The translations under genes were made by a program, and so were the position numbers. 64,000 nucleotides of DNA from Gemmatimonadaceae bacterium (GTDB taxonomy: Bacteria > Gemmatimonadota > Gemmatimonadetes > Gemmatimonadales > Gemmatimonadaceae). The DNA is taken from the NCBI GenBank assembly GCA_051859245.1, contig JBHYGA010000005.1:224001-288000 (forward strand), read 5' to 3'. The notes beneath the pieces were generated by a model. That model did no database searches. It was not told the DNA's origin and saw nothing but the letters and a program-made list of their open reading frames with translations. Below, in pieces: positions 1-10,359 of this stretch (the stretch's first letter is position 1; each line of letters opens with the position of its first letter).

Positions 1-190
1 ATGCCGCTGTTCGCCCGACGAGGCGCCTGACCCCCGCGGATCTGAGCCGAAAGCGGGGCGCTGGCAACAGTCAGTGCCGCGAGCAGAGCAAAAAATGAGG
101 TTGATCGCATGCCAAGTTGTGAAGTGCCTTGCGGTTCGGTTACCCTAGGAGGAAAGCTAACCCCTCACTGCTACCCGTGACTCCCCTTCT

Positions 191-1093
191 GTGACACACG
201 CACCGCTCGACCCACGCATGACCGAGCGCCGCAATCCGCGGTCGACCAACATTGATCTCGCGACACCGGAAGAAATCGTGGAGATCATGAGTGCCGAAGA
301 TCGCACCGTAGCCGATGTCGTGGCCACGCAAGCGCGTCCCATTGCCCAGCTCATTGAATATGTGGAGCGCGCGTTTCGTGGCGAGGGACGATTGTTGTAC
401 GTGGGCGCCGGGACCTCGGGCCGACTCGGTGTGCTCGATGCGAGTGAGTGTCCACCAACATTTGGTGCCGACCCCAAACGTGTGGTCGGCATTATTGCCG
501 GTGGTGATCACGCGCTGCGCAATGCGGTGGAAGGCGCCGAAGATTCGCCCACCGATGGTGCCGCCGCGATTGACGCACATCACGTCACGAAAGACGATGT
601 TGTCGTAGGCATCGCCGCGTCGGGTACCACGCCATTTGTACACGGTGCACTGCAACGCGCGCACGCGCTCGGCGCCATCACCGGACTGGTCGCGTGTTCT
701 GAACCTCCCATTGAATCGCGTGAGTATGTGCACGTGCCGGTGATTGCGATCACCGGTCCGGAAGTGGTCACCGGATCAACGCGCCTTAAGGCCGGCACCG
801 CCACCAAGTTGATCCTGAACATGATCACCACCGGCGCCTTCATTCGCATTGGCAAAACGTACGGCAACCTGATGGTGGATCTGCGCGCCACCAACAACAA
901 ACTCGTGGATCGCAGCGAACGCATTGTCATGGACGTATGCGGCGTATCACGGGAAGAAGCGCGCGAACTGCTCGTCGCCGCGCAGGGTCGTGTGAAGCAC
1001 GCCATTGTGATGCAGGCACTCGGCACTGATCGCGATTCTGCGATCGCGCGACTCGAACAGGAAGGCGGTGTGATCCGACGGGTGCTGAAATGA
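191..1093 (+). CDS. murQ: N-acetylmuramic acid 6-phosphate etherase
   Basis: SIS-fold motifs TERRNP, GAGTSGRLGVLDASECPPTFG, GIAASGTTP, GPEVVTGSTRLKAGTA and NLMVD; GTG start; first gene of an operon with anmK and nagZ. Confidence 0.95.
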   Translation: MTHAPLDPRMTERRNPRSTNIDLATPEEIVEIMSAEDRTVADVVATQARPIAQLIEYVERAFRGEGRLLYVGAGTSGRLGVLDASECPPTFGADPKRVVGIIAGGDHALRNAVEGAEDSPTDGAAAIDAHHVTKDDVVVGIAASGTTPFVHGALQRAHALGAITGLVACSEPPIESREYVHVPVIAITGPEVVTGSTRLKAGTATKLILNMITTGAFIRIGKTYGNLMVDLRATNNKLVDRSERIVMDVCGVSREEARELLVAAQGRVKHAIVMQALGTDRDSAIARLEQEGGVIRRVLK

Positions 1094-2292
1094 GCGTACA
1101 CGAAACCACGCCCGCGAGCACACACCCGCACGCGCACGCTGACGTCATCATCGGTTTGATGTCGGGCACGTCACTCGACGGCATTACCGCGGCCGCGGCC
1201 ACATTTCGCGACGTTGGCGCACGCGTGGAACCCACGCTGCTCGCTCAGGCGCATCGTCCCTTTGCTCCCGAAGAACGCGCGCGTTTGCTTGACGCCATGC
1301 AAGGCGGCACTGCACGCAAATACTGCATGTTGTCGGTTGATCTGGCGCACTGGCTCGCCGATGCCGCCGAACTTGCGATCACGGCCAGTGGTGTACCGCG
1401 CAGCCGCGTGCGCGCGGTGGTATCACACGGACAAACGCTGTGGCACGAACCCGGCCACAGCACGTGGCAGCTCGGTCAACCGGCAGTGCTCGCGGAACGC
1501 CTCGGCATTGATGTGATCAGCGATGTTCGCGCTCGCGACGTGGCCGCAGGCGGGCAGGGCGCACCGCTCGTGAGTGCGGCCGACGTGATGTGCTTTTCGC
1601 ACGACACCGAATGGCGCGTGCTGCAGAACATCGGTGGTATTGGCAATCTCACACTGGTGCCGCCGGCCGGATCGGCGCACGCTCCGATTGCCTTTGACAC
1701 GGGCCCGGGCGTGGTGATCATGGACGGCGTGGTGCGGGCGCTCGTACCGGGGCTCGTGTATGACGTAGACGGCGTGCTGGCTTCACAGGGCGAACCGCTC
1801 ATTGAAGTCGTGCGTGAATGTCTAACGCACCCGTACTTCAAGGCCTCGCCGCCCAAAACCACCGGCCGCGAGCTGTTTACCATTGATTATATTTCACGAT
1901 TCATCGACTCGTGCCGAGCAGCGTCGCCGGCCGTGTCTGTGGCAGATATCGTTGCCACTGCCGTGTTGTTCACGGCTGAGTCCATCGCTGACCAAATCGC
2001 ACGCTTCGTGAACGTTCCTGTTGCTCAGCTCGTGGTCGCCGGTGGCGGCGCCGACAATCCGTCGCTCATGTCCGCACTCGCACGCGCGTTGCCAGCGCGA
2101 CTCGGCAGCGGCGCACCTCAGGTGCTCCGGTTCAGCGAGCTGTTCTTCAGCGGCGACGCGAAAGAAGCGGTGGCGTTTGCGCTCATCGGGTGGCTGCACG
2201 TGCAACAGCGCGCGGGTAACGTGCCCAGTGCCACGGGCGCGCGCGGTGCACGGGTACTGGGATCGTTCACGCCTGCACACACTGCCTCGTGA
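1090..2292 (+). CDS. anmK: Anhydro-N-acetylmuramic acid kinase
   Basis: GLMSGTSLDG, SHGQT, GGQGAPL, NIGGIGN, FDTGPG, PKTTGRE and KEAVAFA motifs; ATGA overlap with the murQ stop. Confidence 0.95.
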   Translation: MSVHETTPASTHPHAHADVIIGLMSGTSLDGITAAAATFRDVGARVEPTLLAQAHRPFAPEERARLLDAMQGGTARKYCMLSVDLAHWLADAAELAITASGVPRSRVRAVVSHGQTLWHEPGHSTWQLGQPAVLAERLGIDVISDVRARDVAAGGQGAPLVSAADVMCFSHDTEWRVLQNIGGIGNLTLVPPAGSAHAPIAFDTGPGVVIMDGVVRALVPGLVYDVDGVLASQGEPLIEVVRECLTHPYFKASPPKTTGRELFTIDYISRFIDSCRAASPAVSVADIVATAVLFTAESIADQIARFVNVPVAQLVVAGGGADNPSLMSALARALPARLGSGAPQVLRFSELFFSGDAKEAVAFALIGWLHVQQRAGNVPSATGARGARVLGSFTPAHTAS

Positions 2293-3770
2293 GCGCCGCC
2301 AGCACGATGCGTGAGCTCGCACAGTTGGTGATTCCCGCACTCACATGGCGTTCGCCCGGCGGGTTTGATCACGAGAAGGAACGCATCAGCGAATATCTCG
2401 CCATGGGTGTGGGCGGTTTTCTGCTCATTGGTGGTGATCAGGAAAATGTGCGCGCGCTCGCCAAGCGGTTGCAGCGCGAAAGCAAACATCCGTTGCTCAT
2501 TGCCGCTGATCTCGAGCGCGGTGCAGGGCAGCAGTTCGTCGGGGCCACCGGCCTGCCACCGCTGGCCGCGATTGCCGCACTTGATGACATCGAAGCACTC
2601 AAGCGCGCCGCACGGTTAACGGCACGTGAAGCGCGCACCATGGGTGTGAACTGGAATCTCTCGCCCGTGTGCGACGTGGATTGGGAGTCCGAAAATCCAG
2701 TGGTTGGCACGCGCGCGTTTGGCACGGATTTCATGCGTGTGGGCAAACTCGCCGCGGCGTGGATTGAAGCGTGTCAGAGTGAAGGCGTGCTCGCCTGCGC
2801 CAAACACTTTCCCGGACACGGCCGCACCGTTGATGATTCCCATCTCACGCTGCCCGTGGTCGACGCGCCGCTCGATGTGCTGAAGGAGCAAGACCTCGCA
2901 CCGTTTCGTGCCGCGATTACTGCGGGCGTAGCGTCGATCATGACGGCGCACGTGGCGTACCCCACGCTCGATCCGAGTGGATTGCCCGCCACGTTGTCGC
3001 GCGAAATTTTGCAGTGGTTGCTGCGTCAACAGCTCAAGTTCGACAATCTTGTGGTGGCCGACGCGCTGATCATGCGTGGTGTGCTCGAAGGGCGCGACGA
3101 AACCGAAGCCGCAGTGATGGCCGTGCAGGCGGGCTGCGATGTGCTGTTGCAGCCGGACGATCTCGTGGCCGTGGTCGACGCACTCGAGCGTGCGCGCAGC
3201 GATGGCCGTCTTGATCCTGAAGTCGCGCGTCGCGCCTTGCGCCGGCGTCTCAAGTGGGCGCAGTGGGCCTCACCGCCTAACGACTGGCGCCGCCCCTCAG
3301 GGGCCGACACCGCGTGGGGTGCCTTGCTCGCGGATCGCTGCGTACGCATTGAGCACGGCCCGTTGCCGGCGCTCGCGTCCGTGACCGAAGTGGCGATTGT
3401 CGACGATGATGTACACGTGCCAGGCGCGCACGCATCGCGCAACGCACTGCTCGATGCGCTGCGTACGGCCGGTGTGGACGCGCGTCGCGCAGATGCGCCG
3501 AGCGCAATCAGTGGCGGTCCGTTTGTGATCGCCGTATTTGGTGATCGACTGCCGTCAAAGGGGCGCGCGGGATTGTCTGCCGATACCGCGGCACGCGTGA
3601 CGCAACTGGTGGCCGCCGCTCAGAATGCCGAGCGCAGCGTGATTCTCTGTGCGCTGGGTGATCCGCGTTTGGTGCAGGCACTTGGCTACAATATGCCAAC
3701 GGTGCACGCGTGGAGCGGTGACACGGTCATGCAACACGCCGCGGCGCGTGCCATGGCCAAACAGAAATAA
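2289..3770 (+). CDS. nagZ: GH3 beta-N-acetylglucosaminidase (NagZ-type)
   Basis: ADLERG, KHFPGHGRTVDDSH (NagZ-type Asp-His loop), IMTAH and nucleophile region ADAL; GTGA overlap with anmK. Confidence 0.85.
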   Translation: MSAASTMRELAQLVIPALTWRSPGGFDHEKERISEYLAMGVGGFLLIGGDQENVRALAKRLQRESKHPLLIAADLERGAGQQFVGATGLPPLAAIAALDDIEALKRAARLTAREARTMGVNWNLSPVCDVDWESENPVVGTRAFGTDFMRVGKLAAAWIEACQSEGVLACAKHFPGHGRTVDDSHLTLPVVDAPLDVLKEQDLAPFRAAITAGVASIMTAHVAYPTLDPSGLPATLSREILQWLLRQQLKFDNLVVADALIMRGVLEGRDETEAAVMAVQAGCDVLLQPDDLVAVVDALERARSDGRLDPEVARRALRRRLKWAQWASPPNDWRRPSGADTAWGALLADRCVRIEHGPLPALASVTEVAIVDDDVHVPGAHASRNALLDALRTAGVDARRADAPSAISGGPFVIAVFGDRLPSKGRAGLSADTAARVTQLVAAAQNAERSVILCALGDPRLVQALGYNMPTVHAWSGDTVMQHAAARAMAKQK

Positions 3771-3797
3771 CCTGCGTGCGCAACTGTGTGGCTGCGA

Positions 3798-5015
3798 CTA
3801 GCGGCCGCGCAGCAGTTGCCAGAGTAACCAGGCGGCGGCCGCAAGGCCGAGCAGAATCAGCAGAAACATGATCGGCCGGGCGCGCGCTTTGCGTGCGTCT
3901 GAATCGCGGTTGCTTCCGCCACCACTGCCGCCACTTCCGCCGCCCGCGCCCTGTAGTGGGGCCGACATGGCGACCATCGCATTCAGCGGCTGCGACGCTT
4001 CTGTTTTGTAGGGCGACGGACGCGGTCCGTTCACTTGCTGCGCTTCTTCTTCGCCCAATGTGCCGCGCAGTGGATACACGAGATGTCCTACTTCATCAGA
4101 CTCGAGCGCGGCGTGCAGCCCCTGTCCGTCAAACAACGCGGTGACCACCGTGATGTTGTCAGGTCCGCCCAGTTCATTCGCACGCGCAATCAGGCGGTGA
4201 CACAATACGGCCGGGTCTGATTCTTCACGCGCGGCGTCTTCAATGTCATTGGCGCGCACTACACCCGAGAGTCCGTCACTACACACGATCAGCATGTCGC
4301 CCAGGCGAAGCTGCTGATGGGTGAGATCAATCTTGACGGTGGGTTCCGGGCCGAGTGCTTGCAGAATGATGTTGCGTCGCTCGCTCGCTTCGGCCTGCTC
4401 CACAGAAATTTCGCCGGCGTCAACCAGGCGCTGCATGAGCGATTGGTCGCGCGTGAGCAAAATCAGTTTGTCATCGCGAAAGAGATACGCACGACTGTCA
4501 CCAACTTGCGCGATGTACACCGTGTCGCCAAAAAGGCCCGCGATCGTGGCCGTGGTGCCCATGCCACGATGCTGCGGGTTCTCACGCGCAAAACTGTAAA
4601 TGCGTGCGTTGGCGAGTTCGGCCGCATCGCGCAGCGCTGTGGCAAACGCTTCGGCGGTGGGCTGCGTGTTGCGTCTCCACCCGCGCGCCAACTCCTCAAA
4701 CACCACCTCGGCGGCCATCGCGCTAGCCAGCTCGCCGGCTGCCGCACCGCCCATGCCGTCGGCCACGGCAAACAACAGTCCGTGCGTACCGAGTGACCGC
4801 ACCTCTGTGCCGTGCTCAAACGACAGCACATGCTCGGCCTCAAGATCGGCCACGAGATACGTGTCTTCGTTGTGTTCACGCGTGTGCCCCACGTCCGTCG
4901 CCCCGTAGAGGCGAACGACGACGCGCGGATCGGCGTCTGGGGGTACAGGAGTTGGATGCAGAGCGAAGGAGGTCACATGGGGAGGGATAGCCGGATCAGA
5001 GCGACGTGCATGCAT
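3798..5015 (-). CDS. PP2C-family Ser/Thr protein phosphatase with C-terminal transmembrane anchor (start may be GTG at 4976)
   Basis: REHNED, VADGMGG, MGTT, VGDSRAY, CSDGL and GGPDNIT motifs; Gly/Ser linker followed by a hydrophobic C-terminal helix. Confidence 0.92.
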   Translation of the reverse strand: MHARRSDPAIPPHVTSFALHPTPVPPDADPRVVVRLYGATDVGHTREHNEDTYLVADLEAEHVLSFEHGTEVRSLGTHGLLFAVADGMGGAAAGELASAMAAEVVFEELARGWRRNTQPTAEAFATALRDAAELANARIYSFARENPQHRGMGTTATIAGLFGDTVYIAQVGDSRAYLFRDDKLILLTRDQSLMQRLVDAGEISVEQAEASERRNIILQALGPEPTVKIDLTHQQLRLGDMLIVCSDGLSGVVRANDIEDAAREESDPAVLCHRLIARANELGGPDNITVVTALFDGQGLHAALESDEVGHLVYPLRGTLGEEEAQQVNGPRPSPYKTEASQPLNAMVAMSAPLQGAGGGSGGSGGGSNRDSDARKARARPIMFLLILLGLAAAAWLLWQLLRGR

Positions 5016-5227
5016 TTATCCCTACGGCGCAATTCTGCCACAGGTTCCGTTCCGGCCGAACCGAACGGGGGTATAATGGGCTTCAGCGCCGAGGCGGTCA
5101 ACGCATTGGGCTCGTTCTTGCATTTTTGTGGGACCAGCGGTCTGTCACGGGACAGCGTGTAGGCACAATTACGGACCCGTTGTGGCGGCACGCTCGACAT
5201 ACAGGCCGACGGTGTTGAGCTTTGTGT

Positions 5228-7255
5228 ATGCCTCACTCTCATGTATTTGCCCGGACCGCAGCGGTGCTCGGTGCCACGTTCGTGCTCACGTCCTGCGGCG
5301 CGGGTCGCGCGGGCGGCGTATCCACCGGCGCCTCGTCGAACGTTTCGCCTAACGCTGTTAGCGGCGCCGATGTCACCCGCGCACCGGTATTGCTGCCGGT
5401 AGTACCGGCCGTGCGCGGCGCTATTGCCGTGCGTGTGCAGCATCCGGCCAACAACGCGCTGCTCAATGTGGACTCGACCTTCATTTTCGGAACGGTGGGT
5501 ACAGGAGACGCGACGTTGCGCATCAATGGCCGCGAGATTCCCGTGGCGGAGAATGGTGCGTTTCTCGGATTCGTGGCCGTGCCACGTGCGGCGCGGCCCA
5601 CGGATACGCTGGCGCTCGTGCTCGATGTGTCGCGCACCGATGCCGCGGGTGCGATGACCGATTCCGCGCGACGCGTGATTCGTGTGCGTCGCTCCAGTGT
5701 GATGCCACTGCCGCTGAGCGGCCCGCTTGTGGTGGATAGCAGTAGCGTGCAACCGCAGGGCAGCATGCGCGTGCGCGCCGACGAACTCGTGCGCGTGAGT
5801 GTGCGAGCGCCGGCGAACGCCACCGCCTGGGTGCGTACGGGGGACGCGCGCACCGTGCCGCTTGTCCGTACCGTCGATGTGAACTTCACGACCGCGCAAG
5901 CCGCGTCATCGCAAGCCGCGTCGTCGCAAGCCGCGTTATCGCGAGCGGTCGCACCGGTGAACAATGACAACGGCACGCTCTTCTCCGGAGAAGTGCGGGC
6001 CGATCAGCTCACCAGCGCGGCGCGACTGATCGTGGCCCGTGATGCTGATACCATGCGTTTTACGCTCATGAATCCGGACATGCTGCTGCCGAACGCACCG
6101 CGCGTGTACGGTGTGCTGCGCAGCCGGGCCGCGGGATTGGTGGCGCAGAGTGATACCGATCGTGTGGTCGCGGCGCGCCCTATTCCCGACGGCTTTTCCA
6201 AGTGGGCGCTGCTCCCCGGCACGCAGCTCGAAATTACCGGCGTGCAAGGCAGCCAAACACGCGTGCGATTTGACAGTCAGCTGGAAACGTGGGTGCCGAC
6301 TGACGACATCGTGCCGCTGGCCGACGGCGCGCCTGGCGCGCGACGTATTGTGGGTGGCATGCGTGTAGTGCCATCGCGCGAATACGTAGACGTGATCATT
6401 CCCACCGGCATGCGGCCCGCGTTTCTGGTGGAGCCCGATGAGCAGCGACTAGTCGTAACACTGTACGACACGCGCTTGAGCCCCGAGATCTCGCCCATGA
6501 TTGGCAACGATCCACTCGTGCAACAGCTGGCGTGGGATCCGGTGGCCACTGATCGCACAAAACTCGAAGTGCGGTTGTCGCAACCGGTGTTTGGCTGGTT
6601 GGCGTTGTGGGATGACAATCGCCGAGCACTGGTGCTGCGTGTGCGCAGGGTGCCGCCGATCAAGGCATCGCGTCCACTCGCGGGATTGGTATTGGCCGTA
6701 GACGCGGGACATCCACCGGGTGGTGCCACGGGCCCCACCGGTCTCACCGAAGCAGACGCGGTGCTGCCCGTTGCGCAGAAGCTCGCTACCATGCTGCGGG
6801 CACGCGGTGCAACAGTAGTCATGACGCGCGACACACGCGAAACGGTGGCCCTCACCGACCGACCTGTGATTACGCGCCGTGCCAACGCGCACGCGTTTTT
6901 GTCGGTGCATCTGAATGCATTTGGCGACGGAACGAATCCGTTTGTGAATCACGGCACGAGCACGTTGTTTTTTCATCAGCCTTCGGAACCACTGGCGCGT
7001 TTTGTGCAAACTGAACTGATGAAGCAGATCGGGCAGCGTGATCTCGGTATTCATTACCAGAGTCTCGCGATTGCGCGCGCTACATGGTATCCGTCCATCC
7101 TTGCCGAAGGACTGTTCCTCATGTTCCCCGATCAGGAAGCGGCCATGCGGCGGGAAGACTGGCAGGAGCGATACGCGCGTGCGATTGCCGATGGCGCCGA
7201 GAAATACTTCAAAGAACTCGGCCGGCGCGTGTACGGCGATCGGGATCAGCAGTAG
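5228..7255 (+). CDS. N-acetylmuramoyl-L-alanine amidase (Amidase_3), probable lipoprotein
   Basis: Lipobox-like VLTSC; C-terminal zinc amidase residues VDAGH, E (LTEAD), SVHLNA and ILAE. Confidence 0.88.
   Translation: MPHSHVFARTAAVLGATFVLTSCGAGRAGGVSTGASSNVSPNAVSGADVTRAPVLLPVVPAVRGAIAVRVQHPANNALLNVDSTFIFGTVGTGDATLRINGREIPVAENGAFLGFVAVPRAARPTDTLALVLDVSRTDAAGAMTDSARRVIRVRRSSVMPLPLSGPLVVDSSSVQPQGSMRVRADELVRVSVRAPANATAWVRTGDARTVPLVRTVDVNFTTAQAASSQAASSQAALSRAVAPVNNDNGTLFSGEVRADQLTSAARLIVARDADTMRFTLMNPDMLLPNAPRVYGVLRSRAAGLVAQSDTDRVVAARPIPDGFSKWALLPGTQLEITGVQGSQTRVRFDSQLETWVPTDDIVPLADGAPGARRIVGGMRVVPSREYVDVIIPTGMRPAFLVEPDEQRLVVTLYDTRLSPEISPMIGNDPLVQQLAWDPVATDRTKLEVRLSQPVFGWLALWDDNRRALVLRVRRVPPIKASRPLAGLVLAVDAGHPPGGATGPTGLTEADAVLPVAQKLATMLRARGATVVMTRDTRETVALTDRPVITRRANAHAFLSVHLNAFGDGTNPFVNHGTSTLFFHQPSEPLARFVQTELMKQIGQRDLGIHYQSLAIARATWYPSILAEGLFLMFPDQEAAMRREDWQERYARAIADGAEKYFKELGRRVYGDRDQQ
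5894..5941 (+). repeat. 15-bp coding tandem repeat, about 3 copies (QAASS linker in the amidase)
   Basis: gcgcaagccgcgtca tcgcaagccgcgtcg tcgcaagccgcgtta tcg. Confidence 0.8.
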
Positions 7256-7258
7256 CCT

Positions 7259-10200
7259 ATGCCACGCTTTCTTGTGGTGGTGATGTGCAGTGTGCTGGCG
7301 CTGTTCACGATTGACGCTGGTGATGTACACGCGCAGGTGGACCCGCGTGGCGCGCACCGCACTCTTCGCACCGAACATTTTCGCGTCCACTTTCCCCAGT
7401 CGCACGAAGCGCTGGCGCGGCGCGCGGCGTCGCTGGCGGAAACCGCGTGGACGCAGCTGGCGGCGGAGCTGGTTACGCCTGATGTGCCGGTGGAACTGCT
7501 CGTGGTCGACAATCTCGACATCACCAATGGTTTCGCCACGCCATTTCCGAGCAATCGCATTACGGTGTACGCACTGCCACCGGTGATGGTGCCGGAGCTG
7601 CGTCACTACGATGACTGGCTGCAGCTCGTGATCACCCACGAACTCGTGCACATTTTTCAGCTCGATCGTGCACGCGGTTGGTGGGGTGCAGGCCGCAAGA
7701 TTTTTGGACGCAATCCGATTTTTCTGCCCAATGCGTATTTGCCAAGTTGGGTGATTGAAGGGCTGGCCGTGCATTACGAAACCAAACTCACCGGCAGCGG
7801 GCGTTTGGCGAGCAGCGAGTTTCCCATGATTGCGCGCGCGGCGGCGCTCAGCGGCAAAGTGCCGCCGCCATCCACGTGGAGTCTCACCACCTCGCGCTTT
7901 CCGCTGGGGCAACACGCGTACGGCTACGGCAGCATGCTCATCGAGCAGCTGATCGCCAGGAGCGAGCCTGGTGGGGCGCGTCGTTTTGTAGAATCGGTGG
8001 CCGGACATCCCATTCCGTGGCGTGTGAACCGCGCCGTGAAGGACGCGTTCGGCATCAGCGTGAACAGTGCGTTTGCCGGCTTTGCCGATTCGCTTGGGCT
8101 CGTGGCCAGCAGCGCGCGCGAGTGGGCCGCACGCGATACGGTGCGCCGACTGACTGCCTTTGGCATGACATGGTTTGCCTCGCAACCGCAGTGGGAAAAT
8201 GACAGCACCGTGCTGCTTGCCGTGAATGACGGCGAAGACGTGGGCGGTGTGTACCGGGCGCATGTCACCGCCAACACGATTGATCTCTCGCGTGTGGCGC
8301 GTCGTAACTCGATGGACGCAACCTCGCCGAGCAATGATGGGCGCACCGTGTTTGCGCAGCTGGAGTACGAGGATCCGTTCGTGATTCGCAGTCAGTTGCG
8401 GCAGACCGATCGCGGCGGGAACGAATCGGAAATCGCGGGCACGTCGCGTGTGGTGTTGCCGCACGCACGTGCGTCTGATGGTGCGATTGTGGCCATACGT
8501 CTTGCGCCGGGCACGACATCACTGGTGCGCGTGTCCAGCGACGGTGTGGTGACGCCACTGCGAACCGGTTCTGCGGACACCGCCTACAGCGAGCCGCGCT
8601 GGAGTCCGGACGGTGCGCGCATTGTGGCGATTCGACTGATTCGCGGCGCGCAGCAGCGTGTGGTGGTCATGGATTCGCTGGGTCGTGACCTCGTGAACCT
8701 CACGGCAGGACGTGAAATCAATACGGTGCCAACGTTCACCCCGGATGGTCAGCATGTCATCTGGGCCAGTGATATGCTGGGCAGTCAGCAACTCATGCGC
8801 GCGAACGTTGACGCGTGCCGCTCACGCTGCGAACCGCGCGTGTTGACGCTGTCACCAACCGGCATCGGTTCGCCGTCGGTGTCGCCCGACGGGACGCGCA
8901 TTGCGGCTATTGAATACACGTTGCAAGGGCAGCGCCTGGTGATTGTGCCCATGCACCAGGGCTATCCGCTCTCTGGTGAAGGTTCAGTGCCGCGCCTCAT
9001 GTCGGTCACACCGTACGCAGCGCGCACGCGCATTTCGCCGCGGCACATGGATAGTGCCGGCACTGACACCATCCCGAGCACGCCGTATCGTGCGTTCCGG
9101 CAACTGCTGCCGCGGTGGTGGATGCCGATAGTTGGGGAAGGTAGCGCCGGTGGTGCGACGTACGGTATTTCCAGCAGTGGCCTCGACATTCTTGGCCGAC
9201 ACGCGTGGGCTGCACAAGGCACGTTTGATCCCGAGCGACGCGAAGTGCAGGGCAGTGCGGTGTATCGCTATCGCGCGCTGCCGCGCACGTACGGATGGCA
9301 ACCACTGCTTGATGTGTCGGGTGTGCAGAACTGGGATCGATTCCCCGTAATCGACACCGGCAGCATCCTGCTCGGCGAGTTGCAACGTGTCACGCGAACG
9401 TACAGTGCGGGCATCACCTTTTCGCGTCCGCGCATTCGCACCAGCAGTTCATTCAGTGTTGGTGCACAGCTCGAAACGCGCGACTATCTCACCGATCCAC
9501 CGGAGCTCGTGCAACGACTCGATCCCGTGTACGAGCGTGGGCGTTCGCAGCCTGGTGTGTTTGCCAGTGCAAGCTTTGGCAACGTCATGCGCGCTGGTCG
9601 CGCGATCTCGCTCGAAGACGGGTTCAACGTCAGCACATCAGTGCAGCAGCGTTGGAAGAGCGGCATTCTGGAGCAGCGTTCGCTGCGTGCTGTGAGTGTG
9701 TTGCGGGCGTACAAGGCATTGGACTGGGGCGGGTTCTCGCGTCATGCGCTGGCCGCGCGTGTGAGTGGTGGTGTGGTGGATCAGCACGCGTGGAGTGAAC
9801 TGTCCATTGGTGGTGTGAGTGGTGCGCTCGCCGAGTTGGTGCCGGGCGTGAATGTGGGCGATCCGTCGCGACAGTTTCCGGTGCGCGGGTTTGAACCCGG
9901 TGTGCAGTATGGTTCGCGCGCAATCACATCGAGTGTGGAGTATCGTGCACCGCTCGCGCTGGTCGCGCGTGGTCTTGGTCTGGTGCCGATTTTTCTTGAT
10001 CGAACATCCGTCAGTGTGTTTGGTGATGCAGGTCGTGCGTGGTGTAGCGCTGATGTGCGTGCGTCGGTGTCGGCACCGGCATTGTGTTTGCCGTCAGGTG
10101 TGCGTGATGGCTGGCTGGCCTCTGTTGGCGCCGAGCTGAATATGGATATTGGGGTTCAGTGGGATGTGCCGTATCGCCTGCGTCTGGGGTTGGCGCAGCC

Positions 10201-10267
10201 AGTCGCGCGCCCGTTCGGGTTGCCGGGGCAGGGCAGTGTGTACATCACGCTTGGTTCGAGCTTTTAG
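7259..10267 (+). CDS. Exported protein: gluzincin-like metallopeptidase domain, TolB/PD40 beta-propeller and Omp85/BamA-like beta-barrel
   Basis: Signal peptide; HELVH followed by WVIEGLAVHYE; repeated P-x-WSPDG/FTPDG/VSPDG; barrel-type VRGF...EYRAP...FGDAG motifs; terminal Phe. Confidence 0.75.
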   Translation: MPRFLVVVMCSVLALFTIDAGDVHAQVDPRGAHRTLRTEHFRVHFPQSHEALARRAASLAETAWTQLAAELVTPDVPVELLVVDNLDITNGFATPFPSNRITVYALPPVMVPELRHYDDWLQLVITHELVHIFQLDRARGWWGAGRKIFGRNPIFLPNAYLPSWVIEGLAVHYETKLTGSGRLASSEFPMIARAAALSGKVPPPSTWSLTTSRFPLGQHAYGYGSMLIEQLIARSEPGGARRFVESVAGHPIPWRVNRAVKDAFGISVNSAFAGFADSLGLVASSAREWAARDTVRRLTAFGMTWFASQPQWENDSTVLLAVNDGEDVGGVYRAHVTANTIDLSRVARRNSMDATSPSNDGRTVFAQLEYEDPFVIRSQLRQTDRGGNESEIAGTSRVVLPHARASDGAIVAIRLAPGTTSLVRVSSDGVVTPLRTGSADTAYSEPRWSPDGARIVAIRLIRGAQQRVVVMDSLGRDLVNLTAGREINTVPTFTPDGQHVIWASDMLGSQQLMRANVDACRSRCEPRVLTLSPTGIGSPSVSPDGTRIAAIEYTLQGQRLVIVPMHQGYPLSGEGSVPRLMSVTPYAARTRISPRHMDSAGTDTIPSTPYRAFRQLLPRWWMPIVGEGSAGGATYGISSSGLDILGRHAWAAQGTFDPERREVQGSAVYRYRALPRTYGWQPLLDVSGVQNWDRFPVIDTGSILLGELQRVTRTYSAGITFSRPRIRTSSSFSVGAQLETRDYLTDPPELVQRLDPVYERGRSQPGVFASASFGNVMRAGRAISLEDGFNVSTSVQQRWKSGILEQRSLRAVSVLRAYKALDWGGFSRHALAARVSGGVVDQHAWSELSIGGVSGALAELVPGVNVGDPSRQFPVRGFEPGVQYGSRAITSSVEYRAPLALVARGLGLVPIFLDRTSVSVFGDAGRAWCSADVRASVSAPALCLPSGVRDGWLASVGAELNMDIGVQWDVPYRLRLGLAQPVARPFGLPGQGSVYITLGSSF

Positions 10268-10295
10268 CGTTTGTGTCTTGCTGCGTTTCGCTCTT

Positions 10296-10347
10296 CACGT
10301 CACACCACACGTTAGACCACACGTTACACCACACGTTACACCACACG
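10296..10347 (+). repeat. 12-bp intergenic tandem repeat, 4 copies (CACGTTACACCA)
   Basis: cacgtcacacca cacgttagacca cacgttacacca cacgttacacca cacg, ending at the GGGAG ribosome-binding site. Confidence 0.9.
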
Positions 10348-10359
10348 GGAGTTTGTCTG

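Noticed and set aside
6449..8464. Long antisense ORFs (671 aa here; also 18735-19832, 30482-31456, 38617-39648, 53016-53957 and 55569-56549)
   Set aside because: Shadow frames of well-supported genes in GC-rich DNA, with no motifs.
10296..10347. CRISPR array
   Set aside because: Contiguous 12-bp units with no spacers, and no cas genes in the window.
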